NCBI GenBank assembly: GCA_000004985.1
Contig: GG738849.1
Length of the DNA: 64,000 nt
Source of the DNA: Naegleria gruberi
Taxonomy: Eukaryota
Direction: 5' to 3' (one strand)
A program made the position numbers and the translations under genes. Of the stretch, positions 48,101 to 60,226 are shown piece after piece. Under the pieces are notes generated by a model. That model had not been told where the DNA came from, did not search any database, and worked only from the letters and a program-made list of their open reading frames with translations. The first letter of the stretch is position 1, and each line of letters starts with the position of its first letter.

Positions 48101-49972
48101 CCTTTTTCATCTTTCTAAAGTTACTCACAATTCTAAAAATTTGATAAACAATAGTAAAGTCCTTCAATTCCTTCTCTGAAGCTAAAAAGATAGAAAAAAC
48201 ATCTGTTTCCTTTTTTCTATAATCAAAAGTCAAATCTATAAACATGGTATTATCATTTACATTGAACATTTGTGGAGCAAGAGAGCTACGTCTATTTGAT
48301 ACAGAGTCTTTTCTGAAAAGACTTCCACGACCACTTCCAGTATTATTCGAATCATTCTTTGAAGATCTTTCTGCTGCGTGAAGCCATGTGTCAGTTCTCA
48401 AGTGACGAATTCTGACAAGATTTTTTCTTTCAACAGGTTGACCATATCCAACGGCCTCTGATGCACCAACTTCAGGTGAGTGCAATGTGAAGAGAGTATC
48501 GTCGTTGGCCTCTTTGATTAGACCAGGTCTAAGAACTTGTTTTAAGGTTTTCTTAATTTTCAACCAACCACGTGCTGTTTGAGAACCATCATTAGCATCT
48601 GAAACTTCAGTCTTTTGAATACATAGATATTGTCCTGAAGGCAAGTGTTTTAACCTGAAAGGCACACTATATCTGACGAAACCGCCTTTGAATTTATCCA
48701 CATTTTCAATCTCGAATAAAGCGTTCACAGATGAGAGAGCATATTTCTCAGTAAATAATTTTACAAACTCCTTTTGTTGGAATAAATACCCTTCAGCATC
48801 CTTGTGAAACAATCTGATAACATCTCCAGTTTTTAAATAAGCCTTTGCTGAATAGACTGAATAGGGTGTATACAGATTAATTCTCCAAACATTTGATGAA
48901 TTAGATGCTGTAGCATTCACTTCATTTCTATTATCTCTATTCACTAAAGGTTTGTTATAAACCACTTGTGAAAAGTGGAGAGTATGTTTTGATTTTTCAT
49001 TGAATAGAACAATCTTATCGGACAATCTTACAGGTTCATTCTCTTGTCTAAATTTGAAATGTGGCATAATTTGAAAGAATGTTCTACTTCCACTAGTTGC
49101 CAATGAAATTGCAATACAAGCCTTTTCTAATTCTGCATTGGTACGAAGAACTGTTAAATATTCTTGTGATTGTACGTGTAATAATTGAATTCTAGCACCG
49201 TATGATACTACTTTTCCGAGAGCCTATAATGTATTCCGACAAATCATAGAATGTTATATCAAATATGAAATCCAAAAAAAAATTATTTATCCAATTAATC
49301 AAATAATTAATAGAATGAACATTTTTTTTCAATTGTTTTTTTAAAAATTATTAATTTGTGTAACATTCTACTAATACATACCTTTTGGGCTTCTATTATA
49401 TTTTGTTGTTCTTCTCTTTCCATTTTGATTTTCAACTTTTTAGATTCTACACTCTTCTCTGGATGTTTATTCGAGTTGATCATTGAGAGAATATTCTTTC
49501 CGTACTTCATGGATGTTCTTCTGGAGGCAAATAGAGCCTCTCCCAAGGCACTTGTTGAAGACATCTTGTTATCCACAAATTCATTATATCTTTTGAGAGC
49601 CGAATAGGAACCTCCCTTCATGACTACGAATAAACTTTCCTTTGAACTTGCTGATTGACTATCAATTTCTGATGATGAAGTGAATGGAGTTGCTCCACAT
49701 CGAATTGGATTTAATCCTCTAATTGAAAGATAGGATTTTTCATCTTCGTATACTAGAGAAATAACATCTCCATATCGAAGGAATAAATTTTGATTAGAAT
49801 TTGATGAGGATGATGTAATAGATGACGAAACGATGGCAATTGATGAATTACTAGAATTTGTTGTTGTTGTATTGGAATTGTTGGAGAGGAGAAGAGACTG
49901 CTGATTGCTAGAGTTGGCTGCCTGCAATGCCACAGACATCAACATTGAATTGTTCGCTGAAAGTGCAGACAT
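42198..49972 (-). CDS. ITPR: Inositol 1,4,5-trisphosphate receptor / ryanodine receptor-like Ca2+ release channel, 2 exons (2538 aa)
   Basis: Exons are 49972..49382 and 49223..42198; the intron runs 49224..49381 (GTATGT..TTATAG). The N-terminus has IP3R suppressor/MIR-like sequence (LFLRYGDVISLVYEDEKSYLSIRG, VVSYGARIQLLHVQSQEYLTV). Central RIH/helical regions follow. The C-terminus has 6 TM helices and a pore loop (LRGGGFWEDITDP) followed by ...FCFICS. Confidence 0.9.
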
Positions 49973-50130
49973 TTTTTGTTTTGATGGGTGACTTTCAGTT
50001 CATCACTGAAATTAGCACAATCCACAATCAACATACAACGAATCTAATATTCCGATTCTCTTCAAAACGAGCTCATTGAGATAGTGGATAAATATTTGTG
50101 AATAACAATGTACCCTGATGTTTATATATA

Positions 50131-52778
50131 CTATTGATCCAGATCCACATTCATATTCAATTGGGAGAAGGACTTTTTAAGTGAAATAGTAGATCCAAAA
50201 TAACGTAAAATACCAGTATCACACTCTTGTATGTGCATTGGCAAGTTTTCTCCAACATGTCTCTTATTGGCCTGAATGAAAAACTTGGCCCTTCTTGACC
50301 AGTCGTGAATTAATGATTTCAAAATATTCTGTTCAATATCGTAGAGAGTATTGTAATCCATATTGGAGGTTGTGGAATATTGTTGGACGTGTGTAAAAAT
50401 TGTTTGGAAAAAGAGTTTTTCAATTTCCTTGCCTAGAGTTGTTTCCTTATATTCTTGCTCGGTATGAATTGATATCTCCTCGATATCATTCGACGAATAT
50501 CCCTCAATATCAAGTAGAATGACAAATCTAAAATCAACACTATCCTCAGTGATTTGAACATGTTTAGGTACTGTGAGAAAATTGGCATCATATGGGAACA
50601 CATAGGATTCACTGTCTTGAACCATTTTGGCACATTCCTTTGGAACGATGGTTGTGAAGAGCCGGCAAATCTCATTCCTCATTTGAACATTGTCACTCCT
50701 AACTATTAATTGGTTCCCTATGAGAACATTATAGATGAGTGATTTGATCATTTCCTCACTTTGAGTGTAAGACTCTTCATTTGCATCATCAGTATCAGCA
50801 AGCTCGATACCAATAAATAAATTTCTCTCCAGTAAAACCTTATTGAAAAGGCTCTTTTTAACCATTTTTGAAAAATCTGACAACAAGTTAAAACAGCCAT
50901 TTGCTGGTGTGGATGGTGAATCACTTTCATTCGAGGTAATGCTAGAATTACTAATAAATGACCTAATCCTTGGCATTTCACAAGATGGAATCGAATAATT
51001 ATTGTACATGTCTAATTTTTGATAATTTGAATTATCCAATTCAATTTCAGATAATTTGCTGTAAAATGATTGTAATAATCCAGAAAAGCAATTGTGTAAA
51101 TCCGAATAAAAATCTGGATAATTCAATAAAAGAGGTAAATCTCTCATAGGACCTTTGGAACGTTTTTGTCTGAATACATCTGCTGAGAGTGGACCTCCAG
51201 AATGGAAAAATCTATAACCATGATCCTCAGCATTAGTACCATCCTCATTGAGAGCATTAGAGGAACCTGATCGCTTTTGTTTTTCCTTCTCCTCTAAAAA
51301 TATTTGTTGAGAACGAGCTCGAATAAGCTTGACAATTCTACCCATACCACTATTGAGGAAGGGCCAACTAATTGTAAGCATTGAAAGAGAAGTATCCATT
51401 AATACTATGGCAAACCATCTGGCAAACCCTCTTGCCATACTATCCTTAACTTTGAAAATATAGGCAAAATTGTATCCATTAATTTCATCACCAAATAGAA
51501 CTGGGCCCTCTCTTCCTTGACCCACTGAAATTTCTGCTGATGTGCTACGAATGGCTAAAGTTTTAAAGTGAGCTGAAAATTTTGAACTTTCTTGATGTGA
51601 ACTCACAAAAATTTGCTCATTATCTCGATCTATTGTTAATTGCTCAATTGAGGATAACATTAATAATTGATTAAAATGGTCATTTTCCTCCTGTTGATTT
51701 GAGTTGTGTTCTTTTCCGAACAAGTTAGGATAGTATTTTTTGAGATGCAACATTAAATCTTTAGAGGCAAGGGACGAAATTGTTTGAGGATGATCTAGAT
51801 TTTCCAAATTAGTGATATCCAAATTATTGGTAGAAGATGAGTTGCTATTTGATTCTTGTAATGGTGTTGTTGAAGTGATTTCACTACCGTTTGGTGTTGG
51901 ACTAGTTGTGGAAGAAGGAGGAGAACTTGTTGAGGTGGATGATGTTTTGTGTTGTTCTGTAACTTGGTGACGATGGTGATGTTGATGATGACTCACTATT
52001 TGAGTTGTCTTGTGTTGTTCAAGGACGAATTTCTCTAAATGTGAAATATCATGAATATTATTAATCATTTGAGTGCAATAGACAAATGAAGGTCCTTTTT
52101 GTTCACAAAACTGGGCTAACACAATAGCATGCTTGTTGTATATATTCACTGTATTGGAATTGGCACCACTATTTGCATTATTCATGATGGAAGATAATTT
52201 ACTGGAAGGATTAACTCTCATACTTTTCGAAATGTTTCTCTGCTTTGGTGAAATATCCATTATTTCCGAAGTATGTCTCGTCATTACTCTCTGAAACATT
52301 CCATTATTATTTTGTTATTGTGATGAGAATTATTTGATGTTGTGAGTGGGCTTCCGGATTGATCACTTCCCATAAAACAAGAGCTATTTACACTATTCAT
52401 CATGAGTGTTGTTGATGCTGTACTGACATTTCCTGTACTACTGCTACCATTACTTTGCATTGAGAAGGGTATTCCGGAAATATTATTTTCTTGTTGTTGC
52501 TGGTTAGGAGTTGTTTCAAATTGTTGTTGTCTATCTGATGAGTTTGTTTGTTGATTGGTTGGGGTGAGAGTGCTTCTTCGTTGTGCTCCTACTTTAATCA
52601 TTCTCTTCCTTGCTGTTGATGATGTTGTAGTTGAAGCATTGTTTGGAGTAATACTCCCACCAGAAGAATTGTTTGATTTTGAATCGTTGTTATTATTATT
52701 GTTGATGGATCCACTAACAGCAACACTGTTACCACTCCCAGAAGGGTTTAAAGGGGAGGATGTTTTGTTATTGATCAT
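50131..52778 (-). CDS. FLCN: Folliculin (FLCN) homolog, uDENN/DENN family, 2 exons (848 aa) with low-complexity N-terminal extension
   Basis: Exons are 52778..52392 and 52290..50131; the intron runs 52291..52391 (GTAAAT..TTTCAG, phase 0). AIVLAQFCEQKGPSFVYCTQ matches human [61 protein letters not shown] matches [39 protein letters not shown]. Confidence 0.85.
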
Positions 52779-53055
52779 CTTGGAAATTTAAATTATCAAA
52801 CAAACTCCTGGTGATGGAGTTGTTGTTGAGATTGTTTTTTGTTGTGTGATTTAAAAGAAACAAGAAACAATAACGCGAATTTTCCCAATCCTCTATCAAA
52901 TTGGTCAAAGATAAAAGTACCTATTGTAAAAAGTGCTGGAAAGACTCCTTTAAGTTGTTATTTAAATATTTTGTTTGAGGAGAATAGAATTTATAGATTC
53001 GGAAAGTATTACAGATTTTTATGGATGATTAATTGATAAATAATATCAAATGATT

Positions 53056-53470
53056 TTTAAGCATGAAGGAATGAATAGGTAAAAACCCAACTCAAGATGA
53101 ATAAACTCAGAGCAGGAAATAAACCTTCGGTAATGACAGTCGATGCTGAATCAATAACATCGTCAGAAACTCGCATAATAGTAAAAGCAACACTGTAGGC
53201 AATTAAAGAAACGGATACTCCAAAGCTTGTAAAGCCAATAAATCCGATAATTGGAATTATACCAAAAACAATTCCACAAATGATGGCATAAATTTGTTTA
53301 ATCCAAAAAATTGCTATTAATCATAATTTGATGTGATGATAAATTGATGATAAGCGAAAAATAATATTATAATATGATCAAGATGATGATAAGATTAAAT
53401 TGACAATAACAAGACATACTATTTAAAACTTCTTCCTTGTCCTTCCATTCCGATTTGCTCAACAATTTTC
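53056..53470 (-). CDS. Small two-TM membrane protein (about 105 aa), 2 exons, not in the ORF track
   Basis: Exon 1 is 53470..53413 (MSLGKLLSKSEWKDKEEVLN, donor GTATGT). Exon 2 is about 53313..53056 (acceptor TTAATAG) and encodes TIFWIKQIYAIICGIVFGIIPIIGFIGF...ALSLFILSWVFTYSFLHA*. Confidence 0.35.
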
Positions 53471-53681
53471 CTAGAGACATTTTTTTAATTTTTTAATTAT
53501 CAAAATTTTGATATTCAATTAATTAATTTCTGCTTTACAATAGTAATTAACACACCATGTAAAACTAAGGTGACCAAGTTGGATAATAGAATTGTAGGAA
53601 CTGCATTAGCAAATAGAACAGTCCGAAAGAAATAATAAATAATTTGAATATCTTAATTTTAGAATTTAAGAATACAAAAAA

Positions 53682-54310
53682 ATGTCCACTACAACAAACA
53701 ACAGATTTCTCAATAGAAATCCTGAAAAATCGGAATACAACCAATACTGGTACTCTAAAGACACAATTGGAACATTTGTGAAAGTAATAGAGGATCATCT
53801 TAGAGAAGATCCATCAAATAGAGCGGTTTTTATGTCAACTCCATCAGTTTACTTTTCATTGAGTGCAGATCTTCAAAAACAGGCTAAATTATTTGAGGTA
53901 TGAGAGTCTCTATTTCAATGCTTAATTATCTTTTAATTGCTGTTTACTCTTTCTAGTTTGATAAAAAATGGGAAAAGGATCAAGGATTTGTTTTTTGGGA
54001 TTTTAATCAACCTGAGGTATTTAGTGAAGAATTGAATGAAAGTTGTACAATTGCCCTAATTGATCCTCCATTTATTACAAGAGAAGTTTGGGAAAAGTAT
54101 GCAACATGTGCATTGAAAGTTTTGAAACCAAATGGAAAATTAATTTGTTCTACAATTTCAGAAAATGAGGTCATGATGGATGAATTATTAAAAGTTAAGC
54201 CTGTAATTTATCAACCATCCATTCCACACCTTGTTTATCAATATAATTTATATACTAACTTTAACCATGATGCATTGAGTTGTGTAAATGATGAACTTGT
54301 AAATTATTAA
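53682..54310 (+). CDS. EEF1AKMT1: EEF1A lysine methyltransferase 1 (N6AMT2 / Efm5 family, DPPF-motif methyltransferase), 2 exons (189 aa)
   Basis: Exons are 53682..53897 and 53957..54310 (donor GTATGA, acceptor TTTCTAG, phase 0). The protein has QYWYS, FVFWDFNQPE and IALIDPPF, as in human N6AMT2 (QFWYS ... FIFYDYNNP ... IVIADPPY). Confidence 0.85.
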
Positions 54311-54417
54311 ATAATTATTAAATTAAAAAATTTAAAAAGATAATTAAAATAAAAAATAAGTTTTAAAAATTTATAAATATATTTATAGTCAAAATATTTG
54401 TTAAATAAGTCTCACAA

Positions 54418-56731
54418 TTATTCATACCTCCAAACTCTTGCTCGGAAATCACCACTACCAGTTGCAAAAAGTGGACGTTTTGGATTCAAAGAAACACTAA
54501 TAACAGAATTCTTGTGACCTTGAAGCATCAAATGTAAAACATTACTACGAGGATCCCAGAATTGAACACTTCTATCCTTTGAACCACTGACCAACCATTT
54601 ACCATCAGGTGAATAAGCAACACTGAGAACAAAATCTCTGTGACCAGAGAGAGAGGCGATACAAGAAGCGGATTTGATATCCCAAATCTTTAAGGTTCTA
54701 TCTAAAGAACCAGAGGCAAGTGTTTTACCATCAGGAGAGAAGGCAACACTATAAACAGAATCATCATGGCCACCATTTCCACTAAAAGCTTCAATTAAAT
54801 CACCAGTAGCCATATCCCACAATCGTACAACACAATCCAATGATCCTGTAGCAACAGTTTTACCATCAGGAGAAATAGCAACACTAGTAACACCTTCACG
54901 TGGACCAATTTCTTCATTACCACATGTATGTCTACATTCACCAGATTCCATATCCCAAATTTTAGCTTTACCATCACCACTGCCACTAACTAAAAATCTA
55001 CTATCAGGAGAGAAATCAAGTGAATAAATATCTAATTCGTGTCCTTCTAATGAACGGTAAATTTGCTTTGATTCAACATCCCAAATTTTAACAGTCTTAT
55101 CATCAGCACCTGCAACAAGGTATTTACTGTCAGGAGAGAAACAAACACTTCTAATGTATGAATCTTCTTTCATACCTCCTTCAACAATATCATCATCATT
55201 TGATATCTTCTTTGGAGGTTCTTCACGTTCATCATCTTCATGTTGTACACTACTTCCGACAGGTCCAATTGTTGAAAAGGTTCCAAATTTCTTTCCTGTA
55301 TCAACATCAAAAACAATAGCTTGTTTGTTACTTCCAGTTGCCAAATATCTACCACATGAACTGAATTTAACACAACAAACAACACTTTCTTGATCTAAAT
55401 TATGATACAAGCTCATATTTAAATTTGTTGTTGCTGTAACTTGTGGATTATAAACAACAACCCAATCATTTCCTTCTTTCTTTACAACATTATCATTACT
55501 TCTCTGATCGAATAAATTAACCTGATTTGTTGTTGGGGTTGGTTGAGGAGGAGGAACATTCCCATTTGGTTGTGCGCTTTGTAAGTTAGGATTTCCATTA
55601 GTTTGTTGTGGAGGATTATGAATCTGAGAATTATTTACTGATTTTGGTCTCTCAATGAATGCTTGTGATGGTTGACTTACATTATTATTGACTGATGGCA
55701 CCGAAGGTGTGTTATTTCCATTTTTTGGTGGTTGAATAGAAGGTAATGAAGATCCATTTGGAGGTACGTTATGCATTGGCATCAACATATCATTTGGAGG
55801 TAAAGCTTGTCCATTTACAGGTGGAAATGGGCTTGCTCGTTGTTGTTGTTGTGGTGGTTGTTTGTTGCCTTGTTGATATGAATCATGATATGGAGGTAAA
55901 TGATTCATTCCACCATTTGGAGGTGGTGGATTACCACCAATAGGTGGAAGTGGAGGTGAAGAACCATTAAGTGGAGGTTGATTTAGATTGGAAGGAGGTT
56001 GACTCGACATCATGGATGGTAATGATTGTGAAGATGGTGGTAAATTTGGTGGTGGTAATGTAGATAATCCAGGAGCATTTGTAAAGTTTTCTCTTCCCAT
56101 ACCGTGCATTGGAGGTGGTTGTGAGTAATTAGGTGGTGGAACTTGTCCATTTGATACAGGTGGATATCCATGTACATTATCTTGTTGTTGTTGTTGACCC
56201 AGTTGTTGTTTAAGTTCATGAATAGTAGCATTAAGTTGTTGAATACGTTCTTCATAACTGTTGCACAAGAAAATTGTATTAATATCAACAAAACAATGTT
56301 GGAGAGTGAAAATATTTTAAAAATAAGAATTGGTGTTAATAATGACATGACATGATTACTTACTGTTGTTTAGAGGCAGTAAAAGCATTTTCTAGATCGA
56401 AAATAGCGTTGTGCATAACTTGGAAATCTCCAAGTTGACTCTCTAATTTTCTTTCCAATTCTTCCTTAAGATGTTTAATATTTAAATATTCTTGTTCTAA
56501 TGTCAAGTAATCTTTCTTGATTTGTTCCATCCAATCAACAACTCTCTCACCTCCAACAAAAGGAACGTGGGAAGTTGGACCTCCACTTGGGTGAACTGGG
56601 TGTGATACAACAGAAGAATGTGGAGGTTGATTTACAATTTGTTGTGGACCATGTGGATTAGCCATTGGTGGTTGGTGATGGAGGTGGCCTGGAGGTGGAC
56701 CTCTTGAAGGTGGGGCATTGTGACCAAACAT
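54418..56731 (-). CDS. TUP1: Tup1/Groucho-like WD40 transcriptional corepressor, 2 exons (735 aa)
   Basis: Exons are 56731..56364 and 56257..54418; the intron runs 56258..56363 (GTAAGT..CAACAG, phase 2). The N-terminus is a Tup_N coiled coil (DWMEQIKKDYLTLEQEYLNIKHLKEELERKLE). The middle is Q/P-rich. The C-terminus has 7 WD40 repeats (GH...WD units). Confidence 0.9.
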
Positions 56732-57148
56732 TTTACTATTAAAACAACAATCAACAATGAAAGGAAACGATTAAACGTGTTGATGACGTTGTATTTTTTT
56801 TAAATAAAAATATATTGGAAAATATTTTAAATTAGCGATAATCGCACAATTTGAAGTTTTTGAAACAATTTTCTTCTCAATAGAAGCAATTAGATATTGA
56901 TTTTAGATACAATTCAATTAAATCAAAGCATTTAGTTTATTTGGAAATTATGAAATATCATAAAGACTTGATGTTGTTGGAAAGGAAATCAATGACTAGA
57001 TTTTCTTCTTATCATACAATATCTTGTTAATAACATTCTGAGAATCACACAACTTGCTCAAAGTAGAAATCTTACTTCAAGTAGCACATCATAATGTCTT
57101 TTCATGTGAGGTGATCAATAGTACTCTTAAATTTGTCAAACTAATAGG

Positions 57149-59757
57149 TTACACATTTTCTTGAAGTCTAAATTGTAAATGTTCATACAAATCATTGGAA
57201 ACTACATGAATGTCAGTTGCACTAGGACTGCCTTGTTGTTGGCTGGTAAGGAAGAATAATACTTTATCACCATTGTTTGGAAGGATAGATGCCTTATTGA
57301 AATTCTTGATATGGAAAAATACGAGTGGAATTCTGTCAACTTCAGGCATATTTGAAGGATGTGCCATAACGTTAATCTTACCAAATGTTTCCTTTTTGCC
57401 AATAATTTCTCCAAGACAATAGTTAAATTGAGAAATTAGTTCATCTGGTAAATCACCAAGTTCGAATAATTTTCGTGCTATTGGCTTTTCTTGTGGAGGT
57501 GAATCTGTGTCGGCCTCATAAGGACTTGGTTGTAGTAATATATTCTTTGATTCTCCTTTGATGGTACTTTGTATGGATCCAGATGCAGATGTTGATGATC
57601 CTTTAGATTTAGTTGGCTGGGTGGTAGTTGTTTTCTTCTTCTTTGATTGTCTAACTTTGAAAGTAATGTTAGTACCATGAGATTCTTTTAACTTTTTCAA
57701 ATCTTCCTTTAGCTGACCGAATAATTCTGGGAAGTTTTGTGGAACGTTTTGTAATCTTTCTATAAGCTCAATATTCTGAGCGTATTCATTTCCTGAAATT
57801 GTTTGGAATTGAATCAAATCCCCCAATTGTAAGTTTTCAATTCTACATCTCAAAGAGGAAGTAGATGTGAGAATCTTTCCAAATGGCTTTTCCAATTCAA
57901 TCACAATACCTATGTCATATCCAGTTTTGATAGTAAAGTCAACACGTTTGTAAAGTTGAGCTTTCTTTAATTTTTCAGTTTCTTCCAAGGCTTTATCATT
58001 AAACTTCTTTCTTTCCACAGCTTTGGCAAATTTACCTACATTAAATGTTAGAGAATTTTAAATTTTAAAATATTAAACATACCTACGCTGAGGACAACCT
58101 TAATTTCCTCTGGTTCTTGTTGTGTTGTATTTGATATTGCTTCGTTTTGTTTTGTCTCAGCTGATGTTGTAGAAGATGAACTAGTATCTGGTAAAGTACT
58201 CTGTTTTGTGGTTCTAGTCTTCTTTTGAGGAACAATGTTCTCATTGGAAGTTTGATCCTTTGTGTTATTAATTTCCTTATTGGCAGATTTCTTCTTTGAT
58301 TTGGTTGTAGGTGCATTATTGACCACAGGCGCACTCAAGGTTGTAGTTTTTGGTGTCTCTGAAAGTTTTTCATAATAGGCCAGCTGTTCACCATAACCTC
58401 CACATGCTTCTGTTGGACAAGTAATACTTCTATCATTATTTCTGTTAGCTCTGTAATACTTTAGCCAACATTCCTTGTGGAAATTGAGCTTGCACTTATT
58501 AGAACAAGTACAAATATAAAAATCATCTTTGTTTGTAATTGTTCTACCACCAGATTGGTTACAGAATAAACAAGTACCCAATTCAATAATTTCAATTTGA
58601 GGCTCATTAGAGGTGTTGGATGGTACTTCAACTTTTGGTGTTGATGTAGGTTGTTGCTCTTGCAAAAGTTGTTGTCTTTTCTGTTCCTCTCTCTGTTTCT
58701 TATTTTCTTTTCTCTTTTTAGATTCTTCTAATTTGGCCTTATATTCTTCCCATTCTTTCTTATTCTTTTCAGTATTTCTTGGAGCTCTTCGTTTAACTGT
58801 TTCAGGAATGGTGCTGCTAGTTGGGTCCTTCTGGTTCTGCATTCTTCTCATTTGAGTAGCTTGGAAAAAGTCTTCATCGTCACTATCTTCTCCACTGTGA
58901 AAAGAATCAGAATCGTCATCACTATTTGAATCATCCTCAATTAAATCAGGTAGATCACTATCATCATCTTCCTCATCTTCATCATCCACTAAACCAGGCA
59001 TGCCTTCATCACTTGTTTCTACTAGAGGAGGTAATTCATCCTCACTATCGTCCTCTTCATTATCAGTATCCATTAGTGGTGGAGGTAGAGAGTCGTCGTC
59101 ACTATTTTCGTCATTTTCATCTACATCCTCCCAATCATCTTCATTCTCTTCATCATCAGTTGTATCTACTAGAGGTGGTAATTCATCCTCTTCCGATTGT
59201 GTTTTTAGACTTGGATTGGTAATTACTTCTGGCTGGTTTTTGAGTTTTTGATCATCTTGTTTCTCCTCTTCATCATCGATATCAACTAAAGGTGGTAATT
59301 CATCCTCTGCACTATCCTTGTCTAATTTCTCTTCTTCATCCTCAGTATCCACCAATGGAGGCAAAACATCTTCTTCAGCCTTCTCCTCTTCATCATCAGT
59401 TTCCATTAGTGGAGGTAATTCATCCTCTTCCTCGTCATCAGTATCCATTAGAGGTGGCAAATCTTCACCATCGGAATGATCACCAGAATCTGTTGCTTTT
59501 GATTCACTATTTCTGGTAGTAATATTATCAGAGCTTGAAGCCTTGTTGTTACTAACTTCCTCTTTATCATCAGTATCCATAAGTGGAGGTAATTCATCCT
59601 CTTCCTCATTATCGGTATCCATCAGAGGTGGCAATTCATCTTCATTATCAGTGCCAACCAAAGGAGGTTGGTCTGATTCTTCTTCCTCGTCCGTATCCAT
59701 TAGAGGTGGTAAGTCTTCTTCCTCCTCTTCATTATCGGTATCTATCAGAGGTGGCAA
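57149..59757 (-). CDS. Acidic tandem-repeat protein (about 15 LPPLMDTDDEEE-type units) with C-terminal Cys-rich zinc-binding-like module and basic linker; 5' end incomplete (upstream exon expected)
   Basis: ORFs 59757..58048 and 58018..57149 are joined by a roughly 45-nt intron (GTATGT..AATGTAG) that gives ...VVLSVG|KFAKAVERKKFNDK.... The ORF-track M residues at 59757 and 58018 are TTG and GTG, not real starts. The in-frame upstream sequence has an AG acceptor at about 59770 and a TAG, which implies an upstream 5' exon. The Cys-rich module is CLFCNQSGG...CTCSNKCKLNFHKECWLKYY...CPTEACGGY. Confidence 0.55.
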
Positions 59758-59760
59758 TTC
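58900..59760. repeat. Coding tandem repeat: degenerate 36-60 bp units (ggtggtaattcatcctcttc... / gaggtggcaattcatc...) encoding D/E-rich LPPLMDTDxEEE units
   Basis: Direct repetition of ggaggtaattcatcctcttcctc / agaggtggcaa(a/t)tc motifs more than 12 times. Several alternative-frame ORFs in the track (59000..59251, 59543..59788, 58926..59222, 59583..59897) are frame artefacts of this repeat. Confidence 0.8.
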
Positions 59761-60226
59761 ATCCTCATCAACACTTCTCGAAGCCTAGTTTTGATTTCCG
59801 ATATTTAATCACAATTAAAAAACCTACTGTATTATGTTTGTTCATTTTTTTATTTTATTTAGGCTTGCTTTTCACAAAGAAGAAGCTAGGCTTGTAATAA
59901 TGAGTATTGTGAATAAGCCTTACACTTGAAATACAATACATGTTGTCAAGATTTATGTCTTTCAAACACTTCCCTCAATGTGTGAGTTTGAATGAACCTT
60001 GTTAATGAACTTTGTACTCGGTTTCTTCCTTTCTCTTTATCACAAGTGATGAACTTGTTATTATATTTCATTAAAAAAAATAATTAGAATTGCTCTCCAC
60101 GAGTAGATCAAGTCGTCGTGTATAAATCATCATCAGTATCAACATTCAAATTTTCATCATACAACCAACAGGTTTTTTTTAAAAAGAATAGTCACATTTG
60201 TATAGTATAATAATAAAATCAGAAAA

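Noticed and set aside
52284-52778. Treating ORF 52284..52778 as an independent low-complexity gene upstream of folliculin
   Set aside because: A phase-0 GTAAAT donor at 52391 and a TTTCAG acceptor at 52291 join it in frame to the folliculin ORF, so it is the N-terminal low-complexity exon of the same gene.
58926-59897. Several 75-104 aa ORFs on the plus strand (59000..59251, 58926..59222, 59292..59519, 59543..59788, 59583..59897)
   Set aside because: They are alternative-frame or antisense readings of the acidic tandem repeat of the minus-strand gene (S/G-rich or H/P/L-rich translations of the same repeat unit).
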